In this document: positions 31,041 through 39,291 of the stretch, in pieces
Numbering within the stretch: position 1 is the first letter of the stretch
Layout: every line of letters begins with the position of its first letter
NCBI GenBank assembly: GCA_964475015.1
Contig: CAYYVA010000002.1
Location: 26,221 to 90,220 of the forward strand
Length of the DNA: 64,000 bases
Direction of reading: 5' to 3'
From: an uncultured Muribaculaceae bacterium
Lineage (GTDB): Bacteria > Bacteroidota > Bacteroidia > Bacteroidales > UBA932
Made by a program: the position numbers and the translations under genes
The notes under the pieces: generated by a model
Seen by the model: only the letters and a program-made list of their open reading frames with translations
What the model was told of the DNA's origin: nothing
Databases searched by the model: none

Positions 31041-31072
31041 CAAAGCTAAACAACATATTTTTTAATTGCAAA
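31041..31072 (-). promoter_or_regulatory. candidate promoter of the B12 operon (-33 TTTG, -7 TAGCTTTG)
   Basis: Minus strand: TTTG, 19 nt, TAGCTTTG, ending about 7 nt before the start of the riboswitch. Confidence 0.4.
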
Positions 31073-31080
31073 TTATTTTA

Positions 31081-31215
31081 TTTTTACGTTGTCCTTTTTT
31101 ACAATTACCTGATTGTTAGAAGTATATAAATTCAAAACATTTGAAATACACTCAAGCGTTATATATAACCGCCAATAATTCAACAGATTAGAAAAAAGGA
31201 CAACGTAAAAAATAA
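31081..31215. repeat. repeat pair B: inverted copies of the same AAAAAAGGACAACG-core repeat, 87 bp apart
   Basis: 31081-31105 is the exact reverse complement of 20686-20710 (25/25). 31192-31212 is an exact direct copy of 20691-20711 (21/21). Confidence 0.9.
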
Positions 31216-31223
31216 AAAATAGC

Positions 31224-31231
31224 TAAATTTG
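31224..31231 (+). promoter_or_regulatory. -7 box TAAATTTG for the PqqD gene
   Basis: TAnnTTTG, 25 nt upstream of the ATG at 31257. Confidence 0.4.
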
Positions 31232-31256
31232 CCCGGTAATAAATAATTTTACAATT

Positions 31257-31529
31257 ATGAAAATAGACAGCAAATACATAATGAGGGAGATAGCCGGTGA
31301 GAAGGTTGTGGTAAGACAAGGGACCCACGGTGTGGATATGACCAGGATAATTTCCTTCAATGAAAGTGCCGCGGCACTCTGGGAGGAGTTCTGCAAGAAG
31401 GAGTTTACAGCAGAGGATGCAGCGGGATTTTTGAAGGATAGGTATGGGATAAATAAGGAAATGGCTGCCAATGATGCCAATTTGTGGATAAACAAACTGA
31501 CAGATTGCGGTGCAATATTAAATTCTTAA
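31257..31529 (+). CDS. PqqD family protein (RiPP recognition element type)
   Basis: 90 aa: KYIMREIAGEKVVV...ISFNESAAALWEEF...FTAEDAAGFLKDRYGI..EMAANDANLWINKL, the typical PqqD/RRE pattern. Confidence 0.75.
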   Translation: MKIDSKYIMREIAGEKVVVRQGTHGVDMTRIISFNESAAALWEEFCKKEFTAEDAAGFLKDRYGINKEMAANDANLWINKLTDCGAILNS

Positions 31530-31569
31530 TAATCGTCAGATTATCTTTTGCCGGATTAATTTTTGGAAT

Positions 31570-31577
31570 TATATTTG
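31570..31577 (+). promoter_or_regulatory. -7 box TATATTTG
   Basis: 38 nt upstream of the small ORF at 31616. Confidence 0.4.
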
Positions 31578-31615
31578 CAGTATAAATAGTTAAATATCTA
31601 AATCTTATATGTATT

Positions 31616-31780
31616 ATGGCAATGTCGATTAAAATGATTCCTGTGTTGAAAGGGCAATGTGCGGTGGATTTCGTATCTGCGGCAGATGCCAATAGTCAGA
31701 ACCAGACGCCCAGGCTTACTGATCAGGAAGCCGAAAGGATCAAGGATGTAATAAAGAAATCAAAGTCATTCAAATTCTAG
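31616..31780 (+). CDS. 54-aa ORF, candidate antitoxin (alternatively a peptide precursor)
   Basis: My own translation: MAMSIKMIPVLKGQCAVDFVSAADANSQNQTPRLTDQEAERIKDVIKKSKSFKF. It is below the ORF-track cutoff, lies 11 nt upstream of the GNAT gene and has its own promoter box. Confidence 0.4.
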   Translation: MAMSIKMIPVLKGQCAVDFVSAADANSQNQTPRLTDQEAERIKDVIKKSKSFKF

Positions 31781-31791
31781 AATTTATCGGG

Positions 31792-32385
31792 ATGACAAAC
31801 AGATTTTCTTTGTATGACAGTTGTGTAATGATACAATTGTCAGATGAGGTTATTGCAAATTGTGATAAGTTCAATTGCGGCAATGCAGACCTTGATGATT
31901 TCTTCATGAATGATGCCAAGAAATATGCAGACGAGCTTATGGGGAAAACATATTGCTGGATAACTGAAAGCAAACCACATAAGATTGTTGCTCTATTTAC
32001 ACTGGCTAATGACAGCATCAAAACAACTTATTTAGGCTCATCTGCAAAAAACAGGCTGAATCGTCCTATAGATAATCCTAAAAGAGGAAGAAGTTATCCG
32101 GCTGCTCTTATAGGCAGGATTGGAATTAATTCTGAATTTCAAGGACAACAAATAGGGAGTCAGTTAATAGGTTTTATAAAAGACTGGTTTAGAGCGGAAG
32201 ACAATAAAACCGGATGTAGATTTCTTGTAGTAGATGCTTATAATAATCCAAGGACTTTAAAGTTTTACGAAAGAAACGGTTTTAAATTTTTACATAAGAC
32301 AGAAGATGAGGAGAAAGTATATTATCATATAAAGGATAATGACATTACAACTCGGCTCATGTACTTTGACCTTAAAAATAAATAA
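31792..32385 (+). CDS. GNAT family N-acetyltransferase, TacT/AtaT-like toxin candidate
   Basis: 197 aa with FNCGNADLDDFF near the N-terminus, RIGINSEFQGQQIG (acetyl-CoA loop) and VVDAYNNPRTLKFYERNGF. Confidence 0.7.
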   Translation: MTNRFSLYDSCVMIQLSDEVIANCDKFNCGNADLDDFFMNDAKKYADELMGKTYCWITESKPHKIVALFTLANDSIKTTYLGSSAKNRLNRPIDNPKRGRSYPAALIGRIGINSEFQGQQIGSQLIGFIKDWFRAEDNKTGCRFLVVDAYNNPRTLKFYERNGFKFLHKTEDEEKVYYHIKDNDITTRLMYFDLKNK

Positions 32386-32387
32386 AT

Positions 32388-33614
32388 ATGTTTTCATTCA
32401 GGACAACTTCATTGTTTGAGCAGCCGGATCTGGTGCTGCAGAGGGGTAAACTGGGAGTGCTGTGCAACCAGACAGCATGGGACCCTGAGAGAGGGGAATA
32501 TCTGTTTGAGAGTGTGGCACGCAGGGGCAGACTCACAAAGGTTTTCATGCCGGAGCACGGCCTGTTCGGCGAGCTTCAGGACCAGGTGAAGCTGAACAGC
32601 GGTGATGCCTACAGCAGGCTGCTGGAGGGTGTGGAGTTCATATCCCTTTATGGCAGCAAGGAGGAATCATTGGCTGCAAGCCTCAAGGATTTGCAGGAGA
32701 TTGATGCCCTCATCATTGAGCTTCAGGATGTGGGATGCAGATATTACACATATCTCTCAACCATATTCAACCTGTTCAAGGTGCTTAAGGCAAACGAGAT
32801 GGATTTGCCTGTATATATTATTGACCGCATCAATCCGGCAGGCAGACAGGTTGAGGGTACAGCCCTCAGGGCAGGCTATAGGTCATTCATAGGCATTGAA
32901 GGGATAGTGCACAGGCACGGCCTTACTATTGGTGAGATTTCATATATGCTTTATAATGAGATTAATGCCAAATTCCCGCTGCATATAATATCATATAAAG
33001 CCTCTGCAGTGAACAGGGAGCTTATGCCTTGGAGCATTCCCCCTTCACCAAACTTCCCGGGCCTTTTCACAGCCCACTTCTACAGCGGCCAGTGCCTCTG
33101 GGAGGGGACAAATGTGAGCGAGGGAAGAGGTACCACCCGCCCGTTTGAGATGTTCGGGGCACCATACATGGAAAATCTGCAAGGATACTGCAAGGAGCAT
33201 AGCCTGCAGGGGTGGAATGACAAGAACTCCCCTATTGCAGACGAAGGCATCTGGGTAAGGTGGCTCAGGTTTATCCCAACTTTCCACAAATGGAATGATG
33301 AGTGCTGCTTCGGTTTCCAGTTCATTCCAAATCCAAACATGCAGTACCACGCATTGGCACACAACTTGAGGGTAATGAGGTTCCTGCACGATACTTGCCC
33401 CGAGTTTGAATTCCGCCCGGGCAAATATGAGGCAGGAAATGACAAGACAGCCATTGAACTGCTGCTGGGAGACAAGGAGCTGATTGACTTTGTGGCAGGA
33501 AATGGGGATTGGCACGATATTAAGGAGCATATAAAGGTAGAGGAGCAGAAATGGATCAGAAAAGCCAAGAAGGCACTGCTATATGAGGAGGACCAGCTTT
33601 TCAGGATCAAATAA
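32388..33614 (+). CDS. DUF1343 family protein (NamZ-like exo-beta-N-acetylmuramidase)
   Basis: 408 aa with LGVLCNQTAW...VFMPEHGLFGE... as in DUF1343. Confidence 0.75.
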   Translation: MFSFRTTSLFEQPDLVLQRGKLGVLCNQTAWDPERGEYLFESVARRGRLTKVFMPEHGLFGELQDQVKLNSGDAYSRLLEGVEFISLYGSKEESLAASLKDLQEIDALIIELQDVGCRYYTYLSTIFNLFKVLKANEMDLPVYIIDRINPAGRQVEGTALRAGYRSFIGIEGIVHRHGLTIGEISYMLYNEINAKFPLHIISYKASAVNRELMPWSIPPSPNFPGLFTAHFYSGQCLWEGTNVSEGRGTTRPFEMFGAPYMENLQGYCKEHSLQGWNDKNSPIADEGIWVRWLRFIPTFHKWNDECCFGFQFIPNPNMQYHALAHNLRVMRFLHDTCPEFEFRPGKYEAGNDKTAIELLLGDKELIDFVAGNGDWHDIKEHIKVEEQKWIRKAKKALLYEEDQLFRIK

Positions 33615-33653
33615 ATCTGCTTCCCGATAAATAATCAATTAAATTTTGACACT

Positions 33654-34406
33654 ATGGCAAATCCGGTACTGAACCAGGAAATTTTCAGAAAACAGAATTA
33701 TGCATACGCTAACACTGGCGTAATGACAGTTGGAGGAACAGCAACAAAGACACTGCTGCTGTTGCTGATGGTAATTGCAGGTGCAGCATACACCTGGAAG
33801 CTTTACTATAATGCAGTAAATCCGCAATCCATTACAGGATGGATGTTCGGTGGCCTCATTGCGGCATTTGTAATGGCAATGATAATCTCATTCAAGCCTA
33901 AGATGGCCCAGTTCCTCTCCCCTGTATATGCAGCGGCTGAAGGTCTTGCACTGGGTGGCATCTCAGCAATCTTCAACGAGCAGTTTGCCCTTACTGCCCC
34001 CAACATTGTGATAAATGCAGTAGCCCTTACATTGGTTACAGCCCTTGTGATGCTTACAGTGTATAGAAGCGGCCTCATAAAGGTAAACGGCACATTCATG
34101 AAGGTACTTACAATAGCACTCATCTCAATAATGGTGTTCTATGTGGGAAGCTGGATAGTATCACTCTTTGGTGTTAACCTCAGCATGCTCCACAACAGCA
34201 GCCCGCTTAGCATTGGCATCAGCCTTGTGATTGTTGCCGTAGCAGCCTTCAGCCTCCTTATGGACTATGAGTTCATCCGCCAGGCTTCAGATGCAGGTGC
34301 CCCAAAATACATGGAGTGGTACGGTGCTTTCGGCCTTACAGTAACCCTTGTATGGCTCTATCTGGAGCTTCTGAAGCTTCTTGCAAAGTTCTCAAACAGG
34401 GAATAA
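33654..34406 (+). CDS. Bax inhibitor-1/YccA-like membrane protein
   Basis: 250 aa with about 7 TM segments and an N-terminal soluble tail. Confidence 0.55.
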   Translation: MANPVLNQEIFRKQNYAYANTGVMTVGGTATKTLLLLLMVIAGAAYTWKLYYNAVNPQSITGWMFGGLIAAFVMAMIISFKPKMAQFLSPVYAAAEGLALGGISAIFNEQFALTAPNIVINAVALTLVTALVMLTVYRSGLIKVNGTFMKVLTIALISIMVFYVGSWIVSLFGVNLSMLHNSSPLSIGISLVIVAVAAFSLLMDYEFIRQASDAGAPKYMEWYGAFGLTVTLVWLYLELLKLLAKFSNRE

Positions 34407-34461
34407 TGGCAGAATGAATGAATTTTAGTGCAATAAATTTTGCAATCACAAATTGAATTGT

Positions 34462-34469
34462 TACATTTG
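34462..34469 (+). promoter_or_regulatory. -7 box TACATTTG
   Basis: 35 nt upstream of the rpmE2 ATG. Confidence 0.4.
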
Positions 34470-34504
34470 CGCGCTGAAAATTAACATTTAAACACAATAA
34501 AGAA

Positions 34505-34750
34505 ATGAAAAAAGGTATTCATCCCGATAGCTACCGTCTTGTAGCTTTCAAGGATATGTCAAACGACGTTGTATTCATTACACGTTCATGTGTAAACACA
34601 AAAGAGACAATTGATATTGACGGCGTAACTTACCCTGTAATGAAACTTGAGATCTCAAACACTTCTCACCCATTCTACACTGGTAAGATGAAGCTTGTTG
34701 ATACTGCAGGTAGGGTTGACAAGTTCTACAGCCGTTACAAGAAGAAATAA
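34505..34750 (+). CDS. rpmE2: 50S ribosomal protein L31 type B
   Basis: MKKGIHPDSY...HPFYTGK...DTAGRVDKF; it lacks the CxxC motif. Confidence 0.9.
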   Translation: MKKGIHPDSYRLVAFKDMSNDVVFITRSCVNTKETIDIDGVTYPVMKLEISNTSHPFYTGKMKLVDTAGRVDKFYSRYKKK

Positions 34751-34770
34751 TCTGGTTTTGCAGAATTTTA

Positions 34771-34808
34771 AAAGAGGGTGACCCAAAAGGGTTGCCCTCT
34801 TACTTTTT
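34771..34808 (+). terminator. rho-independent terminator
   Basis: Stem agagggtgaccc / gggttgccctct followed by a T-rich tail. Confidence 0.55.
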
Positions 34809-35179
34809 GTACTATACCCACTCCTTTTCTCACCTTCCTTCCACATCAATGTTCCCCAAAATGGCCTTCGGTATGGCTAGCAATCTATTCCATCTGAGCC
34901 TAATTTCCTAACTCACAGATGCCCCAGTTTGTCCACGAGGAGGCATCTGTTCAAACAGACGGAAATTTGACGGCTCATCTGCAATGATTGCCTACGCCCC
35001 TCAGGATATTTTGTGGCCCATTGCTGTTGCAGTACGGTAAGGATGAGAATGTGTATTTGTGAAAAAAGATAGCTATTCTTTTGATTGACAAGAGAATAGC
35101 TATTATTTGTCTGAAAAATATTTACTATCTTTAAACTACCACATAAAAAGTTAATAACCCTTTCCAAGACAAAACGAGT

Positions 35180-35392
35180 ATGGCAAAAGTAATACATAAA
35201 TCTTACAATCAAAACGATTCTCTTCTACTTCCTCCATCATTGGGCGAGCTTATTCCACTTTCTCATCCTGTACGCATTGTAAGTGACATCCTTGACAAGT
35301 TTGACATCAGTGTCATTGAAGCCACTTATAAAGGTGGTGGCACCAGCAGTTTCAATCCCCGCATGTTGCTGAAAGTTGTTGTGTACGTATAG
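35180..35392 (+). mobile_element. IS1182-family transposase, N-terminal 70-aa fragment only (IS remnant)
   Basis: ...LLLPPSLGELIPLSHPVRIVSDILDKFDIS...YKGGGTSSFNPRMLLKVVVY is the conserved N-terminus of IS1182-type transposases. The ORF stops after 70 aa and unrelated AT-rich DNA follows. Confidence 0.65.
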
Positions 35393-35610
35393 TCACATTC
35401 AATAGCAATATACGCCATGAAAAACGAGCATAGTAGAACAAATTAGAGATACGCTTCTATCCTTTGTTCGAATAATAAGGAAAAGATGGCAACCCATTGC
35501 TCTATGCTTTTGGGTCACCATCTTTTTTGCACATAAAGGGAAAATCATTGGAAAATTCAATAATATTTTATATTATTGCAAAAATTACTAACCCCTTAAA
35601 ATCATCTGTC

Positions 35611-35817
35611 ATGAAAAAGAGGTTTCTATCTATTCTTGGAGCACTTCTGCTCATCTCAATTTCTGCAATTGCAGCAGAGTACCATTACGGTTTTATTACC
35701 ACCTGTGGTGTTACAGGCTACAAAACATTTGCTTACGAATTAACTGACGCTGAAGTTTTATTCTGGTCAGATTATTTTGAAGCAAAGTATTGTAGAGAAA
35801 GTATGCCAATTGAGTAA
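35611..35817 (+). CDS. small secreted protein (68 aa, signal peptide, 2 Cys in the mature part)
   Basis: Internal ATG at 35611: MKKRFLSILGALLLISISAIAAEYHYGFITTCGV...KYCRESMPIE. Confidence 0.4.
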   Translation: MKKRFLSILGALLLISISAIAAEYHYGFITTCGVTGYKTFAYELTDAEVLFWSDYFEAKYCRESMPIE

Positions 35818-35829
35818 ACAATAATCACG

Positions 35830-36645
35830 ATGAAAAAATTCATTATTGTTTCTCTTATGAGTTTTATATCTCTTGCCCTTAGTGGGCAAGAGATATTGGA
35901 TAATACCGTCAACTTCAGGGCAGAATACAAATTTTACTTTAAGAAAGATTCTACTATCAGAGGGTATTATTCAGATATTATGTACTTGGATGTATGTAAT
36001 AGCGGACACTCATTGTTTTATAGCAGAAATACCCAATATAGGGACTCCATTGCACATGCACTTTTATCTGCTGGAATGGATACATATTCAATTATGGAGA
36101 AACTAAGATCCTATCCAGATGGAGAGAAATGGGTATTGGACAAGAACTATAAAGAACAAATATTCAAGCTGTCAAAAAGATTTATAACTGAGATATATCA
36201 TACAGAAAGCAAACTTAATGTCCCAAATTGGGAGATTCATCCAGATACACTTACCGTAAATGGGGTTCTTTGCAATAAGGCAACATGCAATATTGGCGGA
36301 AGATTATGGAAAGTATGGTTTGCAACAGAAATTCCTGTGAATGAAGGCCCTTGGCTTTTATGGGGTCTCCCTGGGCTTGTATTGAAAGCAGAGGAAGCAA
36401 ACGGATACTTTAAATTTGAATGCCTTGATTACGGAAAATTTAATGATCCTCCACAGATATTCCTTGCAGTATTGGATATGCCCCGACAGAAAAAGCTGTC
36501 ATTAAAAGATTTTATAAAAGCCGACATCCTCTTCAACGAGGATTCAGATACATTTTTAGAAATGTACATGGGTGTGTATTCAACCTACGGAGACAAGTCT
36601 CCAAAAGAGAAATACATACCACTATTTTCTCCTGATTACAAGTAG
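35830..36645 (+). CDS. GLPGLI family protein
   Basis: 271 aa with a signal peptide and the motif LWGLPGLVLKAEE. Confidence 0.75.
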   Translation: MKKFIIVSLMSFISLALSGQEILDNTVNFRAEYKFYFKKDSTIRGYYSDIMYLDVCNSGHSLFYSRNTQYRDSIAHALLSAGMDTYSIMEKLRSYPDGEKWVLDKNYKEQIFKLSKRFITEIYHTESKLNVPNWEIHPDTLTVNGVLCNKATCNIGGRLWKVWFATEIPVNEGPWLLWGLPGLVLKAEEANGYFKFECLDYGKFNDPPQIFLAVLDMPRQKKLSLKDFIKADILFNEDSDTFLEMYMGVYSTYGDKSPKEKYIPLFSPDYK

Positions 36646-36653
36646 CTGAACCT

Positions 36654-39260
36654 ATGAAAAGAAGCATTGTTACTATAATATTTCTGATGTTTATCGGGAA
36701 TATAATGCTCTCACAGAGTAAAATCAGTGGGACAATAACCGATGCTTTTACTAAGGAGCCTGTTCCATCAGCAATTGTGTATGTTTATAATGGAAATAAA
36801 CTCACCTGTTACACAGTTGCTGATTCCAAAGGAATGTATTCAATAGCTCCAAAAGGGGAATATAGCCATATTGTGTTTTATCAAATGGGATATAATCAGA
36901 GTAAGGTCACTTTTTCTTCCCAGCCTCAGGTTGATATAATAAAGAATGTATCTCTTACAGAAAGTGTACAAATGCTTAAGAGCATAACGGTAAAACCGGT
37001 AGCTGTAAAAATTGATGCAGATACTGTCACTTATGATATCTCCACATTCAAAAAGAGGGAAGACAAAACTTTGGCACAAGTATTAAACAGATTGCCTAAT
37101 GTTAAAGTCACATCTAATGGCGGAGTGACTATAAACGGCCAACAGATAAACAAACTGTATATAGAAGATATGGATCTGTTGGGTGGCAGATACGGCATTG
37201 CCATCAGAAATATTAGGGCAGATGATATAGCATCAATAAATGTATATCATAACCACCAGCCTGTCAAGGCCTTAAAACAGGTTGAAATAAGCAATGGCCA
37301 TGCATTGAACATCAAACTTAAAGAAAAAGCAAAAAGCAAATGGCTTCTATCAATTGGGTTACAGGCTGGAGCTTCATCTGAGAATGAAATGCTTTATTCT
37401 GCGAAATTCAATGCCATGAATTTTTCCTCTGAAAGCCAGACTATAATAACTGCAAAAACCGACAATACAGGAGAAGATATTATAACAGAAACTGCACTTC
37501 ATAATATTAAACCGGGAGTATATTCTTTAGATGAATTTAAATATGGCATAAAAGACCTGTTCTATGTTCATTCTTCTCTTTTACCTATTGACAAGAATCT
37601 GTATTATAACAACAACTCAAATGCAGCAACAATAAGCAGCCTTAAAAAGATAAACAAGGAGAACGACATTAAAGGCACTCTTGTCATTACTACAGACAGG
37701 ATTGATGACAATATTGATATTAGCAAAGTGTTTTATCCAAAAGATGAAGATGCCATTTATATTGCAGACAGTTCTCATTTACATAAAAACAATGTAGCCA
37801 TAAGTGGTGATATTACCTATACTTCAAATAAAGACAAACGATATATTGAAAATATCTTGAAGTACAGGGTGTATTTTGATGATGCTTCCGGGAAAATTTG
37901 GGGCTCAGGCAACAATTATACCCAAAATTATGAACTCCCAAAATACTCTATTTCCAATGATATTGAAATTATAGCAAATAGATTTGGTAAAAAGGCTTTA
38001 CGGCTGAATGCAAAATTTATATTTACAAACCAAGACCAGCAAATGGTTGTTGGACACAAGGAGCATGTGGAGGGATTTGAGAATAAGACATTTGTACAGG
38101 AAATTAATTCCAAATCCTTTGAAGGAGACATGTTTGCCAAATTGTCCAAAAGAAAAAACAGTATCACCTATTCTTTGACCCCTGGAATAAAATTGGGAAA
38201 TAACAATTATAAATCCATATTCAGCCCAAAATCTGACAGTACCTTCAATGACATCAAGCTATTCACAATACAGCCTTATTTGAGGCCTGAAATTGTAATG
38301 AATAACCACAAATTAAATATAAATTTACATTTTCCGCTCACAATAAGATACGATATCCTCTCAAGCAAGAATAACTTCTATCTTCTTTACAGTCCCTTGC
38401 TTGCAATAAAATATAAGATAGGAAATGATCTTACATTAAACATCAGAGGTACCGCCAATAATAATATTGGTGGCATTGAGTACATGGCCAATAACTACAT
38501 ATATACCGGCTATAGAGATTTTAAGGCATATAATGAATTAGAAAATAGAGAATTATTCAATATAAGCGGAGGATTTTCGTACAATAATCTTGGGAAATTC
38601 TTCAGCTGCAGTTTAACAGGAATTTTCAGCGGTATAAATTCTAACCTGATGCCTTGGGAAACTGTCTTGAAAGATTTGACTTATCTTGTATATGAAAAGG
38701 GTAAAAGCCATAGCAGGCAAAAGAGTCTGATAATTAATGCAAGGAAACTGTTTGGAATTAACAAGTTCTCAATAGAGGGTAATGTTGTAATAAGCAATGA
38801 TAATGGCCAACAGTATCTGCAAGGGAAACCATATAACTATAAAACCGATGGGATATCATCAGAAATAAATCTGCAATATTCTCCAAATGACTATGTAACT
38901 TTTACTTATTCAGGTAATTATTCTTCTAATTCATTTACGGATGAATCTATAGAAAGCAAAATAAAGAGCTATACAAATAAAGGCTCTCTTGTTATATACC
39001 CCATCAAGCAGATTGAACTAAAAGGAAGCATCAATCATTTTAGACAAAGTCACAAAGGGAGTAAAAATATATCTCTAATGTTCGTTAATTTGTCTGCCGG
39101 ATATAAACTCAGTAAAAGGATTGAATTGTGGATTAAAATGCAAAATATCACTAATGAGAATTACTATCAATATACTTACTTTACTGAAGCATCAACAATA
39201 ACCAGAAGAGTGGCCCTGAGAGGTGCTGAATACTTAGGTGGGGTATCAGTAGATTTCTAA
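36654..39260 (+). CDS. outer-membrane beta-barrel protein with a CarboxypepD_reg-like N-terminal domain (TonB-receptor-like)
   Basis: 868 aa with ISGTITDAFTKEPVPSAIVYV (Cna-B/CarbopepD_reg), then a plug-like region, a long barrel and a terminal F. Confidence 0.65.
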   Translation: MKRSIVTIIFLMFIGNIMLSQSKISGTITDAFTKEPVPSAIVYVYNGNKLTCYTVADSKGMYSIAPKGEYSHIVFYQMGYNQSKVTFSSQPQVDIIKNVSLTESVQMLKSITVKPVAVKIDADTVTYDISTFKKREDKTLAQVLNRLPNVKVTSNGGVTINGQQINKLYIEDMDLLGGRYGIAIRNIRADDIASINVYHNHQPVKALKQVEISNGHALNIKLKEKAKSKWLLSIGLQAGASSENEMLYSAKFNAMNFSSESQTIITAKTDNTGEDIITETALHNIKPGVYSLDEFKYGIKDLFYVHSSLLPIDKNLYYNNNSNAATISSLKKINKENDIKGTLVITTDRIDDNIDISKVFYPKDEDAIYIADSSHLHKNNVAISGDITYTSNKDKRYIENILKYRVYFDDASGKIWGSGNNYTQNYELPKYSISNDIEIIANRFGKKALRLNAKFIFTNQDQQMVVGHKEHVEGFENKTFVQEINSKSFEGDMFAKLSKRKNSITYSLTPGIKLGNNNYKSIFSPKSDSTFNDIKLFTIQPYLRPEIVMNNHKLNINLHFPLTIRYDILSSKNNFYLLYSPLLAIKYKIGNDLTLNIRGTANNNIGGIEYMANNYIYTGYRDFKAYNELENRELFNISGGFSYNNLGKFFSCSLTGIFSGINSNLMPWETVLKDLTYLVYEKGKSHSRQKSLIINARKLFGINKFSIEGNVVISNDNGQQYLQGKPYNYKTDGISSEINLQYSPNDYVTFTYSGNYSSNSFTDESIESKIKSYTNKGSLVIYPIKQIELKGSINHFRQSHKGSKNISLMFVNLSAGYKLSKRIELWIKMQNITNENYYQYTYFTEASTITRRVALRGAEYLGGVSVDF

Positions 39261-39277
39261 ATAAATTCTGTTTTGCA

Positions 39278-39285
39278 TATCTTTG
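39278..39285 (+). promoter_or_regulatory. -7 box TATCTTTG
   Basis: 6 nt upstream of the ATG at 39292, which would give a near-leaderless mRNA. Confidence 0.3.
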
Positions 39286-39291
39286 CGTATT

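Noticed and set aside
30854-31129. 91-aa plus-strand ORF
   Set aside because: It is antisense to the cobalamin riboswitch and its promoter, and the conserved RNA motifs explain the region.
31081-31215. Classical Bacteroides invertible promoter (inverton) between the two repeat copies of locus B
   Set aside because: The architecture fits (18-25 bp inverted repeats, about 87-bp interior). However, I find no TAnnTTTG box on either strand of the interior, and both flanking genes have their own boxes outside the repeats. It is kept only as part of the repeat finding.
34913-35212. 99-aa minus-strand ORF upstream of the transposase fragment
   Set aside because: It overlaps the transposase start and the probable IS end region, and it has no recognisable features. 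The region also contains hairpins (for example atagctattctt / aagaatagctat) more consistent with non-coding IS-end DNA.
34771-35530. Similarity between the L31 terminator hairpin (34773-34800) and a hairpin at about 35483-35530 as target-site duplication of the island
   Set aside because: Only the general shape (aagaGGgtgaCCC... / aagatGGcaaCCC...) is similar and the sequences are not truly repeated. This is insufficient to call direct repeats.
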